From Deltaproteobacteria bacterium (GTDB lineage Bacteria > JAGRBM01 > JAHCIT01), in NCBI GenBank assembly GCA_026129095.1, contig JAHCIT010000005.1:62001-126000 (forward strand): 64,000 nt of DNA. Reading direction: 5' to 3'. The stretch's first letter is position 1. Every line of letters begins with the position of its first letter. Positions 27,209 through 38,139 of the stretch are shown piece after piece. The notes under the pieces were generated by a model, which worked only from the letters and a program-made list of their open reading frames with translations, was not told where the DNA came from and ran no database searches. The position numbers were made by a program, and so were the translations under genes.

Positions 27209-27958
27209 TTATCGCGCAAGCCGCTCCTGCGGTGGAACAGAAGCACTGCCCTTCGGCTGCGATGCCGCCCGCGCGGTTTTTTCCTTTTCACCATCCAGCC
27301 AGGACAGTGTCTTTCGCGCCCAGAACCGAACCTTCTGGTCCGGATCGTTTTTTGCCTTCTCCAGCGCCGGGCGTGCCGGCTCAGCATCCATCCCCATGCG
27401 TGAAAGCGCACGGGCAGCACCATACCGGTAACCCGGATCGTCGTCTTCAAGCGCCTCGATGAGCGCTGGGACCGACGGACCTCCGATATTGACGATCGCC
27501 CGGCCCACGTGGCGCTTGGTTTCCTTGTGAACCCGGGGATCGCGAATCATGGCGGTCAGCTCAGGCACCGCTTCGCCGGCTGCCTCACCAATCTGTCCGA
27601 TCGCGCCAAGCGCGCTTACCACCATGGCTTCATCGCGGGCTTTCAGCCGCCCGACAAGCGCCGGCACCGCCTCTTTTGCTTCTGCTCCCATGCGGCCCAG
27701 CACCTGTGCGGCGCGGTTCCGAAGAGCGGCATTCTGCTCGGAGAGCAGCGGAATTATCCTCGGCACGGCCCGGGCACCATGCTGGACGAGGGCGTCCATC
27801 GCCTGATTGCGGATTTCAGACTCGGTGTTCCGCAGGTCTGATACCTTTGCCATGATCGACAGCTCAACCGGATCGAAAGAAGGCAGCTTGTCCTCTTCCT
27901 CGCAAGCTGAAAGCGCGAGCACAGCGGAAACCAGCACCAAGCGAATATGCCTCTTCAT
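27209..27958 (-). CDS. HEAT-repeat lipoprotein
   Basis: Lipobox LSAC after MKRHIR; repeats such as AAQVLGRMGAEAKEAVPAL. Confidence 0.85.
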   Translation of the reverse strand: MKRHIRLVLVSAVLALSACEEEDKLPSFDPVELSIMAKVSDLRNTESEIRNQAMDALVQHGARAVPRIIPLLSEQNAALRNRAAQVLGRMGAEAKEAVPALVGRLKARDEAMVVSALGAIGQIGEAAGEAVPELTAMIRDPRVHKETKRHVGRAIVNIGGPSVPALIEALEDDDPGYRYGAARALSRMGMDAEPARPALEKAKNDPDQKVRFWARKTLSWLDGEKEKTARAASQPKGSASVPPQERLAR

Positions 27959-28181
27959 GACTGCCCTTCCCCCGGAAAGAACCCCTCGAATTACAGCTCT
28001 GCCCGGCCAGCTTAGGCGTTCAACGGGCAAGGTGCCAGCATGGCCAGGTCCATTCTGAATCCCATATGAAATTCCGGAAATTGGCGCACTGCGGCTGTTT
28101 GGACCTGCTATCCGCCCCCATAATGTGAATGGATGATCTGTGAAGGCGGAGCGGACCTTAAGGTGAGAAAGGACCGCTGGC

Positions 28182-28856
28182 ATGGCTCTCCGCACCCGGA
28201 TCGCCTTCGCTTTCGCAGCTACGCTGACGGTTTTTACCGGATATCCCGGCAACTTAACTGCGCAAACATTCCCGCACCGCTCTTCCCCGGCACTCCTGGC
28301 TATCCAGTCCCCGCCTCCGCCGGTGCCCCTTGGCGCGGCGAGTCCCGTGCAGATCGGCCGTTACTGCACCGTATGCCCACGCCACTCCCGCATCGACGAA
28401 GACCTGACACAGTTTCTGATGCTCTCGGTTCTGGCAGGGGCGGGCTATTCGCAAACGGCGCCAGGCCTCCTCCATCCCGATACTGCCAGCTGGAAGCGGA
28501 ATATGGGGAGTTTCCGGTTCTACGACGGTGACCAGTGGTATACGGATGCCATCGCGCATCCGGTCGCCGCAACGGCGACCTACCTCACGCTCCGGGAACG
28601 TGGCTACACCCGGTGGGAATCGGCGGTATTCCTGTTCAGCGCGCTTGCGATTCGCGAGGTCGGCGTCAAGGCCTGGAGCACGCCGGCCGCCATGGACGAT
28701 CCGCTGATATTTACCGCGAGCGGTATCCTCCTGGGGACGCTCATCGAGGAGTTCACACCCTGGCGGCGCTACTTTGCCTATGCCGATCCCGACCACCACC
28801 TGCCGGGACAGGTTTCCACATACTGGTCGCCCACCCGGATTTCCGTTACCTGGTAA
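28182..28856 (+). CDS. Hypothetical exported/membrane protein (DUF3943-like)
   Basis: Signal-like N-terminus; DGDQWYTDAIAHP...RERGY. Confidence 0.6.
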   Translation: MALRTRIAFAFAATLTVFTGYPGNLTAQTFPHRSSPALLAIQSPPPPVPLGAASPVQIGRYCTVCPRHSRIDEDLTQFLMLSVLAGAGYSQTAPGLLHPDTASWKRNMGSFRFYDGDQWYTDAIAHPVAATATYLTLRERGYTRWESAVFLFSALAIREVGVKAWSTPAAMDDPLIFTASGILLGTLIEEFTPWRRYFAYADPDHHLPGQVSTYWSPTRISVTW

Positions 28857-28896
28857 GACCCTTGCGCCGGACACCACCAGTGGCCATCTTTCCGGC

Positions 28897-29505
28897 ATGT
28901 CTTTCTATGCTGAACGGATATTCCCGCGCCTCAATGACCTTGCCACCCAGCCCTTCGCCCATCTTCGCGCCCGTGCGCTGGAAAAGGCCGCAGGGAATAC
29001 GCTAGAAATCGGCGCCGGCACGGGACTGAACTTCCCGCACTACCCGGAAACGGTCACACGGCTGACGGCAATAGAACCCTCACCCGGCATGATCGAGCGG
29101 GCAAGGCCGAGGGCATCTTCGGCCTCCATGCCGGTCGAACTCGTCGAGGGCACCGCCGAAAAACTGCCTTTCCCGGACAGCACATTCGATACCGTTACAG
29201 GCACCCTTGTATTCTGCTCGGTGACAGACCCTGAAAAGGCAGCCCGCGAGGTCTGGCGTGTCCTGAAACCCGGCGGCCAGTGGATCATCCTTGAGCATAT
29301 CCGCTCGAACAACGCCGGCACCCTCAGGTGGCAGCAACGCTGGAATCCGCTGTGGCAGCGCATCTTCCTCGGCTGCACGCTCGACCGTGATCTTCCTGCC
29401 CTGCTTGCCTCTGCCGGGTTCAATACGTCCGGCACGAAGGAAATTGACATTGACAGCCCCGCCATTGTGCGGCACCTGCTCGTGGGCGAGGCGATCAAGC
29501 AATAG
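28897..29505 (+). CDS. Class I SAM-dependent methyltransferase
   Basis: LEIGAGTG, AEKLPFPDSTFD, RVLKPGG. Confidence 0.92.
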   Translation: MSFYAERIFPRLNDLATQPFAHLRARALEKAAGNTLEIGAGTGLNFPHYPETVTRLTAIEPSPGMIERARPRASSASMPVELVEGTAEKLPFPDSTFDTVTGTLVFCSVTDPEKAAREVWRVLKPGGQWIILEHIRSNNAGTLRWQQRWNPLWQRIFLGCTLDRDLPALLASAGFNTSGTKEIDIDSPAIVRHLLVGEAIKQ

Positions 29506-29624
29506 CGGTTTCTTTCATCTCACCGTGAAACTCTTGGCACCCGGCCTCTCGCCCGGCTACCGTCGCCCGGCTGACAGGGGCGTCATCCGCACTTGCCGAG
29601 ATTACCCCCAGGCATGAGGAGGCC

Positions 29625-31001
29625 TTGAGAAGGCCCGTGAAAAAATTCTTCTACTCGGCCATCCGGCTCGTCACCATCTATCTCCTGGTCGTCAAGTATG
29701 CGTTCGTTTTTGCATGGTGGACCCTCAAGCGTTTCCTGCCGGGTGGCAAGAAGGACGAGTTCAACCAGAACGCACTGACGCGCTTTGCCTGGTGCTTCCG
29801 CCGGATGCTGGAAGACCTGGGGGCGACCTTCATCAAGATGGGCCAGATCATGTCCACGCGGCCCGACATATTCCCACCCTTTTTCATTGACGAGCTGAAA
29901 CACCTCCAGGATAACGTCCCGCCGTTCGATCCACGGCTCATTCCCCACGAATTTGAGTTCGCCTTCGGCAAGCAGCCACGGGAGATTTTCGCCGAGTTCA
30001 ATGAGACACCCATCGCCTCGGCCTCGGTGGCCCAGGTCCATGAAGCCCGCCTCAAGACCGGCGAACGGGTCGCCGTGAAAATCCGGCGGCCCGGTGTCCA
30101 GCAGAAGGTGGAGTACGACCTTGCCGTCATGCGGATCTTCGCCAAGTCCATCTCGTTTATTCCGTCAGTGGAAGTCACCTCGCCGGTCGAGACCGTCGAG
30201 GAGTTCGGAAATGCCATCAAGGGTCAGCTCGACCTGCGAAACGAGGCCAACAACAACCGCCGGTTCCGCAAGAACTTCGAGGGGAACCAGTTTGTCGGTT
30301 TTCCCAGGCTCTATGAAGACTATTGCGCCGAGAACATCCTGGTGATGGAGTTCGTGACGGGCTACCACATTGACGATGTGGGCCAGACTGACTGCGATCC
30401 ACAATGGCTGGCGCGCCACGGCCTGCGGGCGATTTTCCAGATGATCTACAAGGACGGTTTCGTCCATGCGGACCTGCACCCGGGGAACTTCCTGTTCAAC
30501 AACGGCAACCACGTCACCTATCTCGATGTCGGCATGGTGGGGGAGCTTTCCGACAGGGACCGGGAAAACTTCATCGAATCGTTCATGGCGATGGCCGACA
30601 ACAATGGACCCAAGGTTGCCGAGTGCCTGATGAACTTTGCCCCTTCACACCGGATCAGGGACTACGACGAATACGTGAAGGACGTTTCGACCCACGTCAA
30701 CGAGTTTTTCGGCAAGCCCCTGAACGAGATCGAGATTTCCATTGCTGTCGCCAAGATGGTGAACATCCTGCGAAAGCACCGGGTACGGGTGAATGCCGCC
30801 TATACGGTCGTGAATGTGGGGCTGCTCGTTGCCGAGGGCGTCGGCCGCAAGCTCTATCCGCAGATCAACCTGAACGAGGAGCTGTACCCGTTCCTGAACG
30901 AACTCTTCCAGGAGATGATGAAACGGCGCCTTGCGCAGATGAAGGTCCAGGCCGAGCAGGCGGCCAAACAGCGTGCAGCAGGTTCTGCTGCCAGCGCGTA
31001 G
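29625..31001 (+). CDS. ABC1/UbiB/AarF family atypical kinase
   Basis: LGATFIKMGQ, ASASVAQVH, VAVK, HADLHPGN, DVGM. Confidence 0.93.
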   Translation: MRRPVKKFFYSAIRLVTIYLLVVKYAFVFAWWTLKRFLPGGKKDEFNQNALTRFAWCFRRMLEDLGATFIKMGQIMSTRPDIFPPFFIDELKHLQDNVPPFDPRLIPHEFEFAFGKQPREIFAEFNETPIASASVAQVHEARLKTGERVAVKIRRPGVQQKVEYDLAVMRIFAKSISFIPSVEVTSPVETVEEFGNAIKGQLDLRNEANNNRRFRKNFEGNQFVGFPRLYEDYCAENILVMEFVTGYHIDDVGQTDCDPQWLARHGLRAIFQMIYKDGFVHADLHPGNFLFNNGNHVTYLDVGMVGELSDRDRENFIESFMAMADNNGPKVAECLMNFAPSHRIRDYDEYVKDVSTHVNEFFGKPLNEIEISIAVAKMVNILRKHRVRVNAAYTVVNVGLLVAEGVGRKLYPQINLNEELYPFLNELFQEMMKRRLAQMKVQAEQAAKQRAAGSAASA

Positions 31002-31005
31002 AGGC

Positions 31006-31794
31006 TTATTCCTCCGGTTTCGGCCCCACGCTCAGCGTGAAATTTGCGGCCAGATCGCCCAGCGCATAACCCACTCCATAAACCGGCGGGTAGACAACAC
31101 GGGTCTTTCGCTTTTCGACACCATCGAGAATGAGTTTCGCCAGTTCGGCGGGATCCCCTGTCGGCATAGCCTTTGCCAGCCGCCCTCCGCCGTACTGCTG
31201 CCGGGCGCCCCGCTCCAGAGCCGAGTAGACCGGTCCCGGATAGACCGTGAGCACATGCACATTCTTCGGCTTGAGTTCCTCGCGGGCCACCTCGGAAGCC
31301 ATCGCCAGTCCCGCCTTGGCAGATCCATAATAAGCGCAGCCCTTGAGACGTACCCGGCCCGCCATGCTGCTGATATTCACAATGGCACCCCGGCGGGACG
31401 CCGCCATCGGTGCAGCGCACAGGCTCATGAGCCGCATGGGAGCGAGATAATCAACAACAAGAACCCGCTCGCCCGCATCCCAGGGCGTCCCTTCGAGCGA
31501 GCGGACGTCCATGATACCCGCGCAATTGACGAGCAACGCTACCGGGCCATTCACCGATACCGCCTGCTCCATCACCTCCGGCAATCCCGATATGTTGGTC
31601 AGGTCGTGAGGGATAATGAGCGACTGGCCGCCGAGTTCTCCGGCCAGTTTTTCTGATGCTGCGCCATCCCTGTCTACCAGTGTCAGTTTCGCCTGCGGGT
31701 ACCGGCGGCGGAGCGACCTTACCAGTTCGCCGCCAATCGCTCCGGATGTTCCGGTAACAAACGCATGAAAATCAGCGGGGAAAGTGTCGAGCAT
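31006..31794 (-). CDS. SDR-family oxidoreductase
   Basis: TGTSGAIG, NCAG, YGSAK. Confidence 0.9.
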   Translation of the reverse strand: MLDTFPADFHAFVTGTSGAIGGELVRSLRRRYPQAKLTLVDRDGAASEKLAGELGGQSLIIPHDLTNISGLPEVMEQAVSVNGPVALLVNCAGIMDVRSLEGTPWDAGERVLVVDYLAPMRLMSLCAAPMAASRRGAIVNISSMAGRVRLKGCAYYGSAKAGLAMASEVAREELKPKNVHVLTVYPGPVYSALERGARQQYGGGRLAKAMPTGDPAELAKLILDGVEKRKTRVVYPPVYGVGYALGDLAANFTLSVGPKPEE

Positions 31795-31918
31795 GGGCGG
31801 TCTCCCTGGACTTCCCGGCAGTCTCACCGGCTGCCACCTATGGGGTCAAAACGCGCCGTCTTCATGCGAATTGCCGCTTCTTGCCGCCAGGCCCCGCCGT
31901 CTTGTAATTAGATGCGCC

Positions 31919-32710
31919 ATGCCAATCGCCGACACCGGACGCCTCAAGATCTATTACGAAACCCACGGCCGGGGAGACCCTGTTCTCATGATCATGGGGC
32001 TGGGGGCCACCCGGCACTGGTGGTACAAGCAGGTGGAAGCGCTCTCCCGTGATTTCCAGGTCACTGTTTTCGATAACCGGGGAGTCGGGGAAACCGAGCG
32101 GCCCAAGGCGGCCTGGACACTTGGCGACATGGCCCTGGACACAGCTGCCCTCATGGATCACCTCGGCATCGACAGCGCGCATATTGTCGGCGCGTCGATG
32201 GGCGGGATGATCTCACAGCATTTCGCTCTGGAACATCCCGAACGGGTGCGAAAACTGGTGCTGGCCTGCACGACGCCCGCCATCGGTTTCAAGCCGCCGG
32301 ACCCGGCGGCCAGCTCGCTCCTTACGCCCCGTCCCGGCATCGGCCGGGAACAGGCCGCCAGGGATTCCCTCAAGATCATGTTCGTTCCCGAGTTCATCGA
32401 GCAGGGTGGCGAGGAGATCAGCCGGGTCATGGACATCTCGCTCAAATGGATGGCCCCGGCCCGCTCTCTGATGAACCAGATCGCCGCCGTGATGCAGCAC
32501 GACACCCGCCACCGGCTGAAGGATGTTTTCCACCCGACAATGGTCATCACAGGCGCGGCGGACATCCTCATTCCGCCGGAGCATTCTGACCTGCTGGCGG
32601 AGCTCATCCCCGGCGCCCGTCTGGTCAAGATCCCCAACGCCGGACACGGGTTCTTCATCGAGGCCGCCCCCGAGGCCAACCAGCACCTGCTGGAGTTTTT
32701 GCGCGACTAA
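31919..32710 (+). CDS. Alpha/beta hydrolase
   Basis: FDNRGVG, GASMGG, D and GH triad positions. Confidence 0.92.
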   Translation: MPIADTGRLKIYYETHGRGDPVLMIMGLGATRHWWYKQVEALSRDFQVTVFDNRGVGETERPKAAWTLGDMALDTAALMDHLGIDSAHIVGASMGGMISQHFALEHPERVRKLVLACTTPAIGFKPPDPAASSLLTPRPGIGREQAARDSLKIMFVPEFIEQGGEEISRVMDISLKWMAPARSLMNQIAAVMQHDTRHRLKDVFHPTMVITGAADILIPPEHSDLLAELIPGARLVKIPNAGHGFFIEAAPEANQHLLEFLRD

Positions 32711-32726
32711 TGCCTTAATTGTCCCA

Positions 32727-34382
32727 GTGCCGCCACTGGACGACTCCACGGAAGGTTCCCCCAGCCGCGCCCCCGGCCAGCTCGCCGAGGCGGGCCCCAT
32801 CACGCTCGCCGTCCTTGCCTCTCGGGTTCTGGGGGTCTTGCGGGAGACGATATTCGCCGTATTGTTTGGGGCCTCCTGGGTGGCCGATGCCTATGTCATC
32901 GCATTCCGCATCCCGAATCTTCTGCGCGACATGTTCGCCGAGGGAGCACTGTCGGCGGCCTTCGTCCCCTCGTTCACCGAACGGCAGACAAAAGAAGGCC
33001 GCGAGAGCGCCCAGCGGCTTTTTTCGCTCACTCTGGGTGCAGCACTTACCCTGACCGGAATCCTGACCGTCCTTGCCATCATCTTCGCCGGGACCGTCGT
33101 TGACCTGATCGCGCCGGGATTCGCCGCCTCGGCGGAAAAACACGAACTGGCCACATCGCTCACCCGCGTGATGATGCCTTTCCTGCCGCTCATCTCGGCA
33201 ACGGCCCTCGTGATGGGCGTCCTGAACTCGAACCGCCGGTTCTTCGTTCCGGCGGCTGCCCCGGCACTGTTCAATGTCGTCTCGATCGTGGCGGGCGCGG
33301 CGATCTATCTGGTTACAAGCGAACCGGTGGCCGCCGCCTGGGCATGGTCGGTGGCGGTGATTCTCGCCGGCCTGGCGCAGATCGCCGTGCAGATCCCGGC
33401 GCTCGGAAAAACCGGCTACCGCCTCCGGCTGGTACTCCGGGGCGCATGGGAAGACCCCGGTCTCCGGCGGATCGCCCAGCTCATGGGCCCGGCCGTCCTT
33501 GGGCTCGCCATCGTCCAGATCAACATATTCGTCAATTCTGTCTTCGCGTCCCTGCTGGGCGACGGGCCGCTCTCCCACCTCAACTACGCTTTCAGGGTCT
33601 ACTACCTTCCCATCGGCCTGTTCGGCGTCGCGCTCGGCACCGTGGCCACGACTGCCTCGGCCGAGGCCGCCGCCCGAGGTGATCTCGACGCCCTCAAGAC
33701 GAATACTTCCCGTGCGCTCCGGAACGTCTTTCTGCTCACGCTCCCGTCGGTGACGGGGCTCATCGCCCTCTCGATGCCCACCGTAAGGCTTCTGTTTGAG
33801 TACGGCCGCTTCACACCGGCGGATACGACTGACACTGCACTGGTACTGTCGGCCTACGTAACGGGCCTGACGTTCGCCTCAGTCACGAAAGTCCTGGCAC
33901 CGGTATTCTACGCGCTGGACCGGCCCCGGTTTCCGGTGGCGGCGTCCATCACGGCCGTCATCGTCAACATCGCCTTCAACTGGGCGACCTACCGGACTCT
34001 CGGCGCTCCGGGCCTTGCTCTCGGCACGGCGCTGGGATCGCTTGCCGGGGCCGCGGTGCAGCTCACCGCCGCAGGGCGGCTCCTGCCCGGCTTCGGCATG
34101 GGGAGCCTTGCGGTTTCTTTCCTCCGGCTGCTGCTGGCCGCCGCCCTCACCGGCGGGGCCGCCTGGGGCCTCTGGCAAATGCTGGAAGCAAATCTCGGGA
34201 CCATGCTCGCTTCCGTCGCTGGCCGGATACCGGCCCGGCTCCTCGTCACCTTTCTGCCCATCGGTGCCGCTGTCGCCATCTATGCTCTGCTCCTGAGACT
34301 CGTCAAAGCCCCTGAAGCGGACGAACTGTTCGAACTGCTGGGGAAAGTGCGGCGAAAAGTGATGGGCAGAACCGGACCATGA
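32727..34382 (+). CDS. murJ: Lipid II flippase MurJ
   Basis: SRVLGVLRE, AFRIPNLLR..FAEGALSAAFVP, LFEYGRFT. Confidence 0.95.
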   Translation: MPPLDDSTEGSPSRAPGQLAEAGPITLAVLASRVLGVLRETIFAVLFGASWVADAYVIAFRIPNLLRDMFAEGALSAAFVPSFTERQTKEGRESAQRLFSLTLGAALTLTGILTVLAIIFAGTVVDLIAPGFAASAEKHELATSLTRVMMPFLPLISATALVMGVLNSNRRFFVPAAAPALFNVVSIVAGAAIYLVTSEPVAAAWAWSVAVILAGLAQIAVQIPALGKTGYRLRLVLRGAWEDPGLRRIAQLMGPAVLGLAIVQINIFVNSVFASLLGDGPLSHLNYAFRVYYLPIGLFGVALGTVATTASAEAAARGDLDALKTNTSRALRNVFLLTLPSVTGLIALSMPTVRLLFEYGRFTPADTTDTALVLSAYVTGLTFASVTKVLAPVFYALDRPRFPVAASITAVIVNIAFNWATYRTLGAPGLALGTALGSLAGAAVQLTAAGRLLPGFGMGSLAVSFLRLLLAAALTGGAAWGLWQMLEANLGTMLASVAGRIPARLLVTFLPIGAAVAIYALLLRLVKAPEADELFELLGKVRRKVMGRTGP

Positions 34383-34409
34383 ATTGCAGCCCCATCGTGG
34401 TCATCAATG

Positions 34410-34440
34410 AAAAGCGGCCTCCCTGTCCGGGAGGCCGCTT
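34410..34440. terminator. Intrinsic terminator hairpin between convergent murJ and ndk
   Basis: AAGCGGCCTCCC-TGTCC-GGGAGGCCGCTT with an A-run on the left. Confidence 0.8.
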
Positions 34441-34465
34441 CCGTTCAAGTCCGTAGCCAGACCGC

Positions 34466-34897
34466 TTACTTGCGTCCCGCGTACACCTGCCGCTGGGGGA
34501 AGAACCAGCCGATCTCGAACTTCGCCGTGTCGGGGGCGTCGGAGCCGTGGACGGCGTTCCGCTCGATGTTCGTGCCAAAGAGCTTGCGGAGCGTGCCCGC
34601 GTCGGCCTTCTCGGGGTTGGTGGCGCCCATGATCTCCCGGTTCCGGGCGATGGCGTTCTCGCCTTCCAGCACCATGAGGAGCACCGGCCCCTCGGTCATG
34701 AACCTGATGAGGTCCGGGAAGAACGGGCGCGCCTTGTGGACAGCGTAGAACCCCTCGGCTTCCTCCTTCGAGAGGTGTTTCATCTGGGCCGCCACGACGC
34801 GGAGGCCCTTCTCCTCGAACTTCGAGATGATGCCGCCGATCGAGTTCTTCTGCACGGCGTCGGGCTTGATGATGCTCAGGGTCTGTTCAATGGCCAT
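34466..34897 (-). CDS. ndk: Nucleoside diphosphate kinase
   Basis: IIKPDAV, GATNP, NAVHGSD. Confidence 0.97.
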   Translation of the reverse strand: MAIEQTLSIIKPDAVQKNSIGGIISKFEEKGLRVVAAQMKHLSKEEAEGFYAVHKARPFFPDLIRFMTEGPVLLMVLEGENAIARNREIMGATNPEKADAGTLRKLFGTNIERNAVHGSDAPDTAKFEIGWFFPQRQVYAGRK

Positions 34898-34920
34898 TTC
34901 GGTTTACCTGCTTGCTCCTG

Positions 34921-36060
34921 TTACTTCTTTTTCTTCGCGGCTTTCTTCTTCGGCGCTTTCCGGGCGGCCTTCTTTTTTGCAGGCGCCTTCTTGCCGCCGA
35001 CGCTGGCCTTGATCCGGTTGAAAAGCTTCTTGCCTTCGGCTTTCGCCTTGTTTGCCGCCTTCTTTACCTGCGATTCGGCCTTCTTTTCGAGCTTCTTGAG
35101 CCCGCTTTCGGCCCGCTTCTCCAGCTTGCGGAGTTTCGGTTCAGCGTCCTTGATCGCCCTGGAGACACGCACCGAAATCTTCTTCGAGTGTTTGGCGCGT
35201 GCTTCCTCAAGTGTCTTGCCGAGGTCAGCCGGCGACATGGAGACATGGATCCCCGCCGCATGGAACGCCTCGATCTTGCTCTTCGCATCGCCCTTGCCGC
35301 CGGCGATGATCGCCCCGGCGTGGCCCATGCGCTTGCCCTTCGGGGCCGTCTGGCCGCCGATGAACCCGACAACCGGCTTCGTGCAGTTGGCCTTGATCCA
35401 GGTAGCGGCATTCTCCTCTGCACTGCCGCCGATCTCGCCGATCATGATGATCGCCTCGGTCTTGTCGTCTTCCTCGAACAGATCCAGCACCTCGATGAAG
35501 TCCATTCCCTTCACCGGATCGCCGCCAATACCAACACAGGTCGACTGCCCGAGCCCGATCCGGGTCACCTGGTGCACGGCCTCATAGGTGAGCGTCCCCG
35601 ACCGGGAGACGATGCCGATTGAGCCCGGCCGGTGGATATGGCCCGGCATAATTCCGATCTTGCACTGTCCCGGAGTGATGATACCGGGGCAGTTGGGGCC
35701 GATAAGCCGGGTCTTGCGGCCGCACATGGCCCGCTTCACCTTCAGCATGTCGGCAACCGGGATTCCCTCGGTGATGCAGACGACAAGATCCAGTTCGGCG
35801 TCGAGAGCCTCCAGTATGGCGTCGGCGGCAAACGGAGGCGGCACGTAGATGACGCTCGCATTCGCCCCGGTGGCCTCCCGTGCCTGCCGCACGGTATCGA
35901 ATATCGGAATGCCCTCGAAGTCGGTCCCGCCCTTGCCCGGCGTCACCCCCGCCACCATCTTGGTGCCGTAGTCGCGGCAGCCCCGCGTGTGGAACTGGCC
36001 GGTCGAACCGGTGATGCCTTGGGTAATGACCTTCGTGTTCTTGTCTACGAGTACCGCCAT
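34921..36060 (-). CDS. sucD: Succinyl-CoA synthetase alpha subunit with Lys/Ala-rich C-terminal extension
   Basis: [26 protein letters not shown]. Confidence 0.97.
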   Translation of the reverse strand: MAVLVDKNTKVITQGITGSTGQFHTRGCRDYGTKMVAGVTPGKGGTDFEGIPIFDTVRQAREATGANASVIYVPPPFAADAILEALDAELDLVVCITEGIPVADMLKVKRAMCGRKTRLIGPNCPGIITPGQCKIGIMPGHIHRPGSIGIVSRSGTLTYEAVHQVTRIGLGQSTCVGIGGDPVKGMDFIEVLDLFEEDDKTEAIIMIGEIGGSAEENAATWIKANCTKPVVGFIGGQTAPKGKRMGHAGAIIAGGKGDAKSKIEAFHAAGIHVSMSPADLGKTLEEARAKHSKKISVRVSRAIKDAEPKLRKLEKRAESGLKKLEKKAESQVKKAANKAKAEGKKLFNRIKASVGGKKAPAKKKAARKAPKKKAAKKKK

Positions 36061-36063
36061 GAC

Positions 36064-37233
36064 CTAGCGCGCCTCCTTCGAGAGCCGGACGACCTTCTCG
36101 GCCGCATCGGCAAGACCGTCGGCCGAAACGAGCTTGAGCCCCGACTCGCTGAGCAGTTTCTTGCCCAGTTCCACGTTTGTACCTTCCAGCCGGACCACCA
36201 CCGGGACCGTGAGCCCCATTTCCTTGGCCGCCGAGATCACGCCCTGCGCGATCACGTCACACTTCATGATGCCGCCGAAGATGTTGACCAGCACGGCCTT
36301 TACCGACTTGTCGGACAGGATGATCTGGAACGCGGCCTTCACCTTCTCGGCCGTCGCGCCGCCGCCCACATCAAGGAAGTTCGCGGGCTCGGCGCCGTAG
36401 AGCTTGATGATATCCATCGTCGCCATGGCGAGGCCCGCGCCGTTCACCATGCAGCCGATCGTTCCGTCGAGGGCCACATAGGAGAGGTCGTATTTCTTCG
36501 CCTCGGTTTCGCGGGGGTCTTCCTCGTTGAGGTCACGCAGCCCTTCCCAGTCCTTGTGGCGGAACACGGCGTTATCATCCATGTTCAGCTTCGCGTCCAG
36601 CGCGACGACATCGCCCTCTGCCGTGACGATGAGCGGATTAATCTCGACCAGCGAACAGTCGTTTTCGAGATAGCAGCGGTACAATTTCTGCGTGAGGTCG
36701 ACGAACTTCTTCAGCGTGTCCCCTGAAAGGCCGAGCCGGTAGCCTAGTTCGCGGCCGTGGCAGGCGCTGACCCCCGAAGCCGGGTCCACCGCCACACGGA
36801 TGATCTTCTCCGGTGTCCGGTGCGCGACTTCCTCGATCTCCATGCCGCCTTCGGTCGAGGCGATGAACGACAGCCGCCCCGCCTCACGGTCCAGGGTGAT
36901 GGCGAGATAAAGCTCACGGACGATTTTCGCGCCCTTTTCCACCAGCACGGTGTGGACCTTCTTCCCCTCGGGGCCGGTCTGGTGGGTAACGAGCGTCATT
37001 CCCAGAATCCGGCCCGCCGCTTCGCGGGCCTCGTCGGGGCTCTTGCACACCTTCACGCCACCGCCCTTGCCGCGGCCGCCGGCGTGAATCTGCGCCTTCA
37101 CAACGACAACCGGGCTGGCCAGATCCCGGGCGATCCGGGCGGCCTCGTCCGCGGTCTTCGCGGTCCGGCCCTCAGGCACCGGGACGCCGTATTTGCGGAA
37201 AATCTCTTTCCCCTGGTATTCGTGAACGTTCAA
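36064..37233 (-). CDS. sucC: Succinyl-CoA synthetase beta subunit
   Basis: [39 protein letters not shown] start behind GGGAG. Confidence 0.97.
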   Translation of the reverse strand: MNVHEYQGKEIFRKYGVPVPEGRTAKTADEAARIARDLASPVVVVKAQIHAGGRGKGGGVKVCKSPDEAREAAGRILGMTLVTHQTGPEGKKVHTVLVEKGAKIVRELYLAITLDREAGRLSFIASTEGGMEIEEVAHRTPEKIIRVAVDPASGVSACHGRELGYRLGLSGDTLKKFVDLTQKLYRCYLENDCSLVEINPLIVTAEGDVVALDAKLNMDDNAVFRHKDWEGLRDLNEEDPRETEAKKYDLSYVALDGTIGCMVNGAGLAMATMDIIKLYGAEPANFLDVGGGATAEKVKAAFQIILSDKSVKAVLVNIFGGIMKCDVIAQGVISAAKEMGLTVPVVVRLEGTNVELGKKLLSESGLKLVSADGLADAAEKVVRLSKEAR

Positions 37234-37413
37234 GGCGCGTTCTCCCTGCTTATCGCTTTAAGGATTTGGGTGAACCCCAAAAGGCGCTTCTCCATAGCCA
37301 TCCGGCCATCTGGAAATCAAGACGCTTTAAGGGGAAGACAGCAGCACTGCCGCCTCATGCTACAGGGCCATTGCCACCCCCGGCCGGCATGGGCCAACCT
37401 GCCCTCGCGTCTC

Positions 37414-38139
37414 ATGGCAGAACCTTTCATCCAGGCCGTGCTGTTCGATTTCGATGGCGTCATGGTCGATTCCGAACCCCTGCACCTCCGGCTGTTCCAG
37501 CGGGTGCTGGCCGGCGATGGCATCGACCTGACCCGGGAACTTTACTACGCCCGTTATCTCCATCTGGATGATGAAGGGCTGTTCCGGGCCGTTTACGAGG
37601 ACACGGGCAGGCCGGTCAGCGAAAAGCACCTGCATGAACTGGTTCAGCGCAAGGAAGATATCTTCATGGAAGAAGCGCTGCATGGCGAGGGACAGGTGCG
37701 GATGTTCCCCGGAGTCGCCGATCTGGTGCGTGATCTCCACCACGAGGGCGTTCCGGTCGCGGTGGCATCGGGCGCGCTTGCCAGCGAGATCAATCCGATT
37801 CTCGAACATTTTGGCCTGCGTGGCTGCTTTACCGCCGTCATCGGTGCACGCGAATGCGGGCGTCACAAGCCACATCCCGAGCCGTACGAACGGGCATTCG
37901 GGGCCATGGTGACAGAGCGGACGGGCACAGGTCCGGTTCCCGTGATTACCCGAGCCCTCGCCATCGAGGACTCAGCGGGAGGCCTCCAGTCAGCCCGTGC
38001 CGCCGGATGCCGGGTAATGGCAGTCACCAATACCTACCCGGCGGAAAGGCTCCGGCCCCTGGCCGATGTGGTCGTTGATCGCCTGCCAGTGACCTTCGGC
38101 GAACTTGACCGGATCGCCCGGGGTGATGCCAGTACATGA
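37414..38139 (+). CDS. HAD-family phosphatase
   Basis: FDFDGVMVDSE, KPHPEPY, IEDS..G. Confidence 0.92.
   Translation: MAEPFIQAVLFDFDGVMVDSEPLHLRLFQRVLAGDGIDLTRELYYARYLHLDDEGLFRAVYEDTGRPVSEKHLHELVQRKEDIFMEEALHGEGQVRMFPGVADLVRDLHHEGVPVAVASGALASEINPILEHFGLRGCFTAVIGARECGRHKPHPEPYERAFGAMVTERTGTGPVPVITRALAIEDSAGGLQSARAAGCRVMAVTNTYPAERLRPLADVVVDRLPVTFGELDRIARGDAST

Noticed and set aside
36757-37413. Long N-terminal extensions in the ORF track (HAD, murJ, GT4, HEAT, sdhC, integrase)
   Set aside because: They overlap neighbouring genes or att/promoter DNA; downstream starts fit the family N-termini
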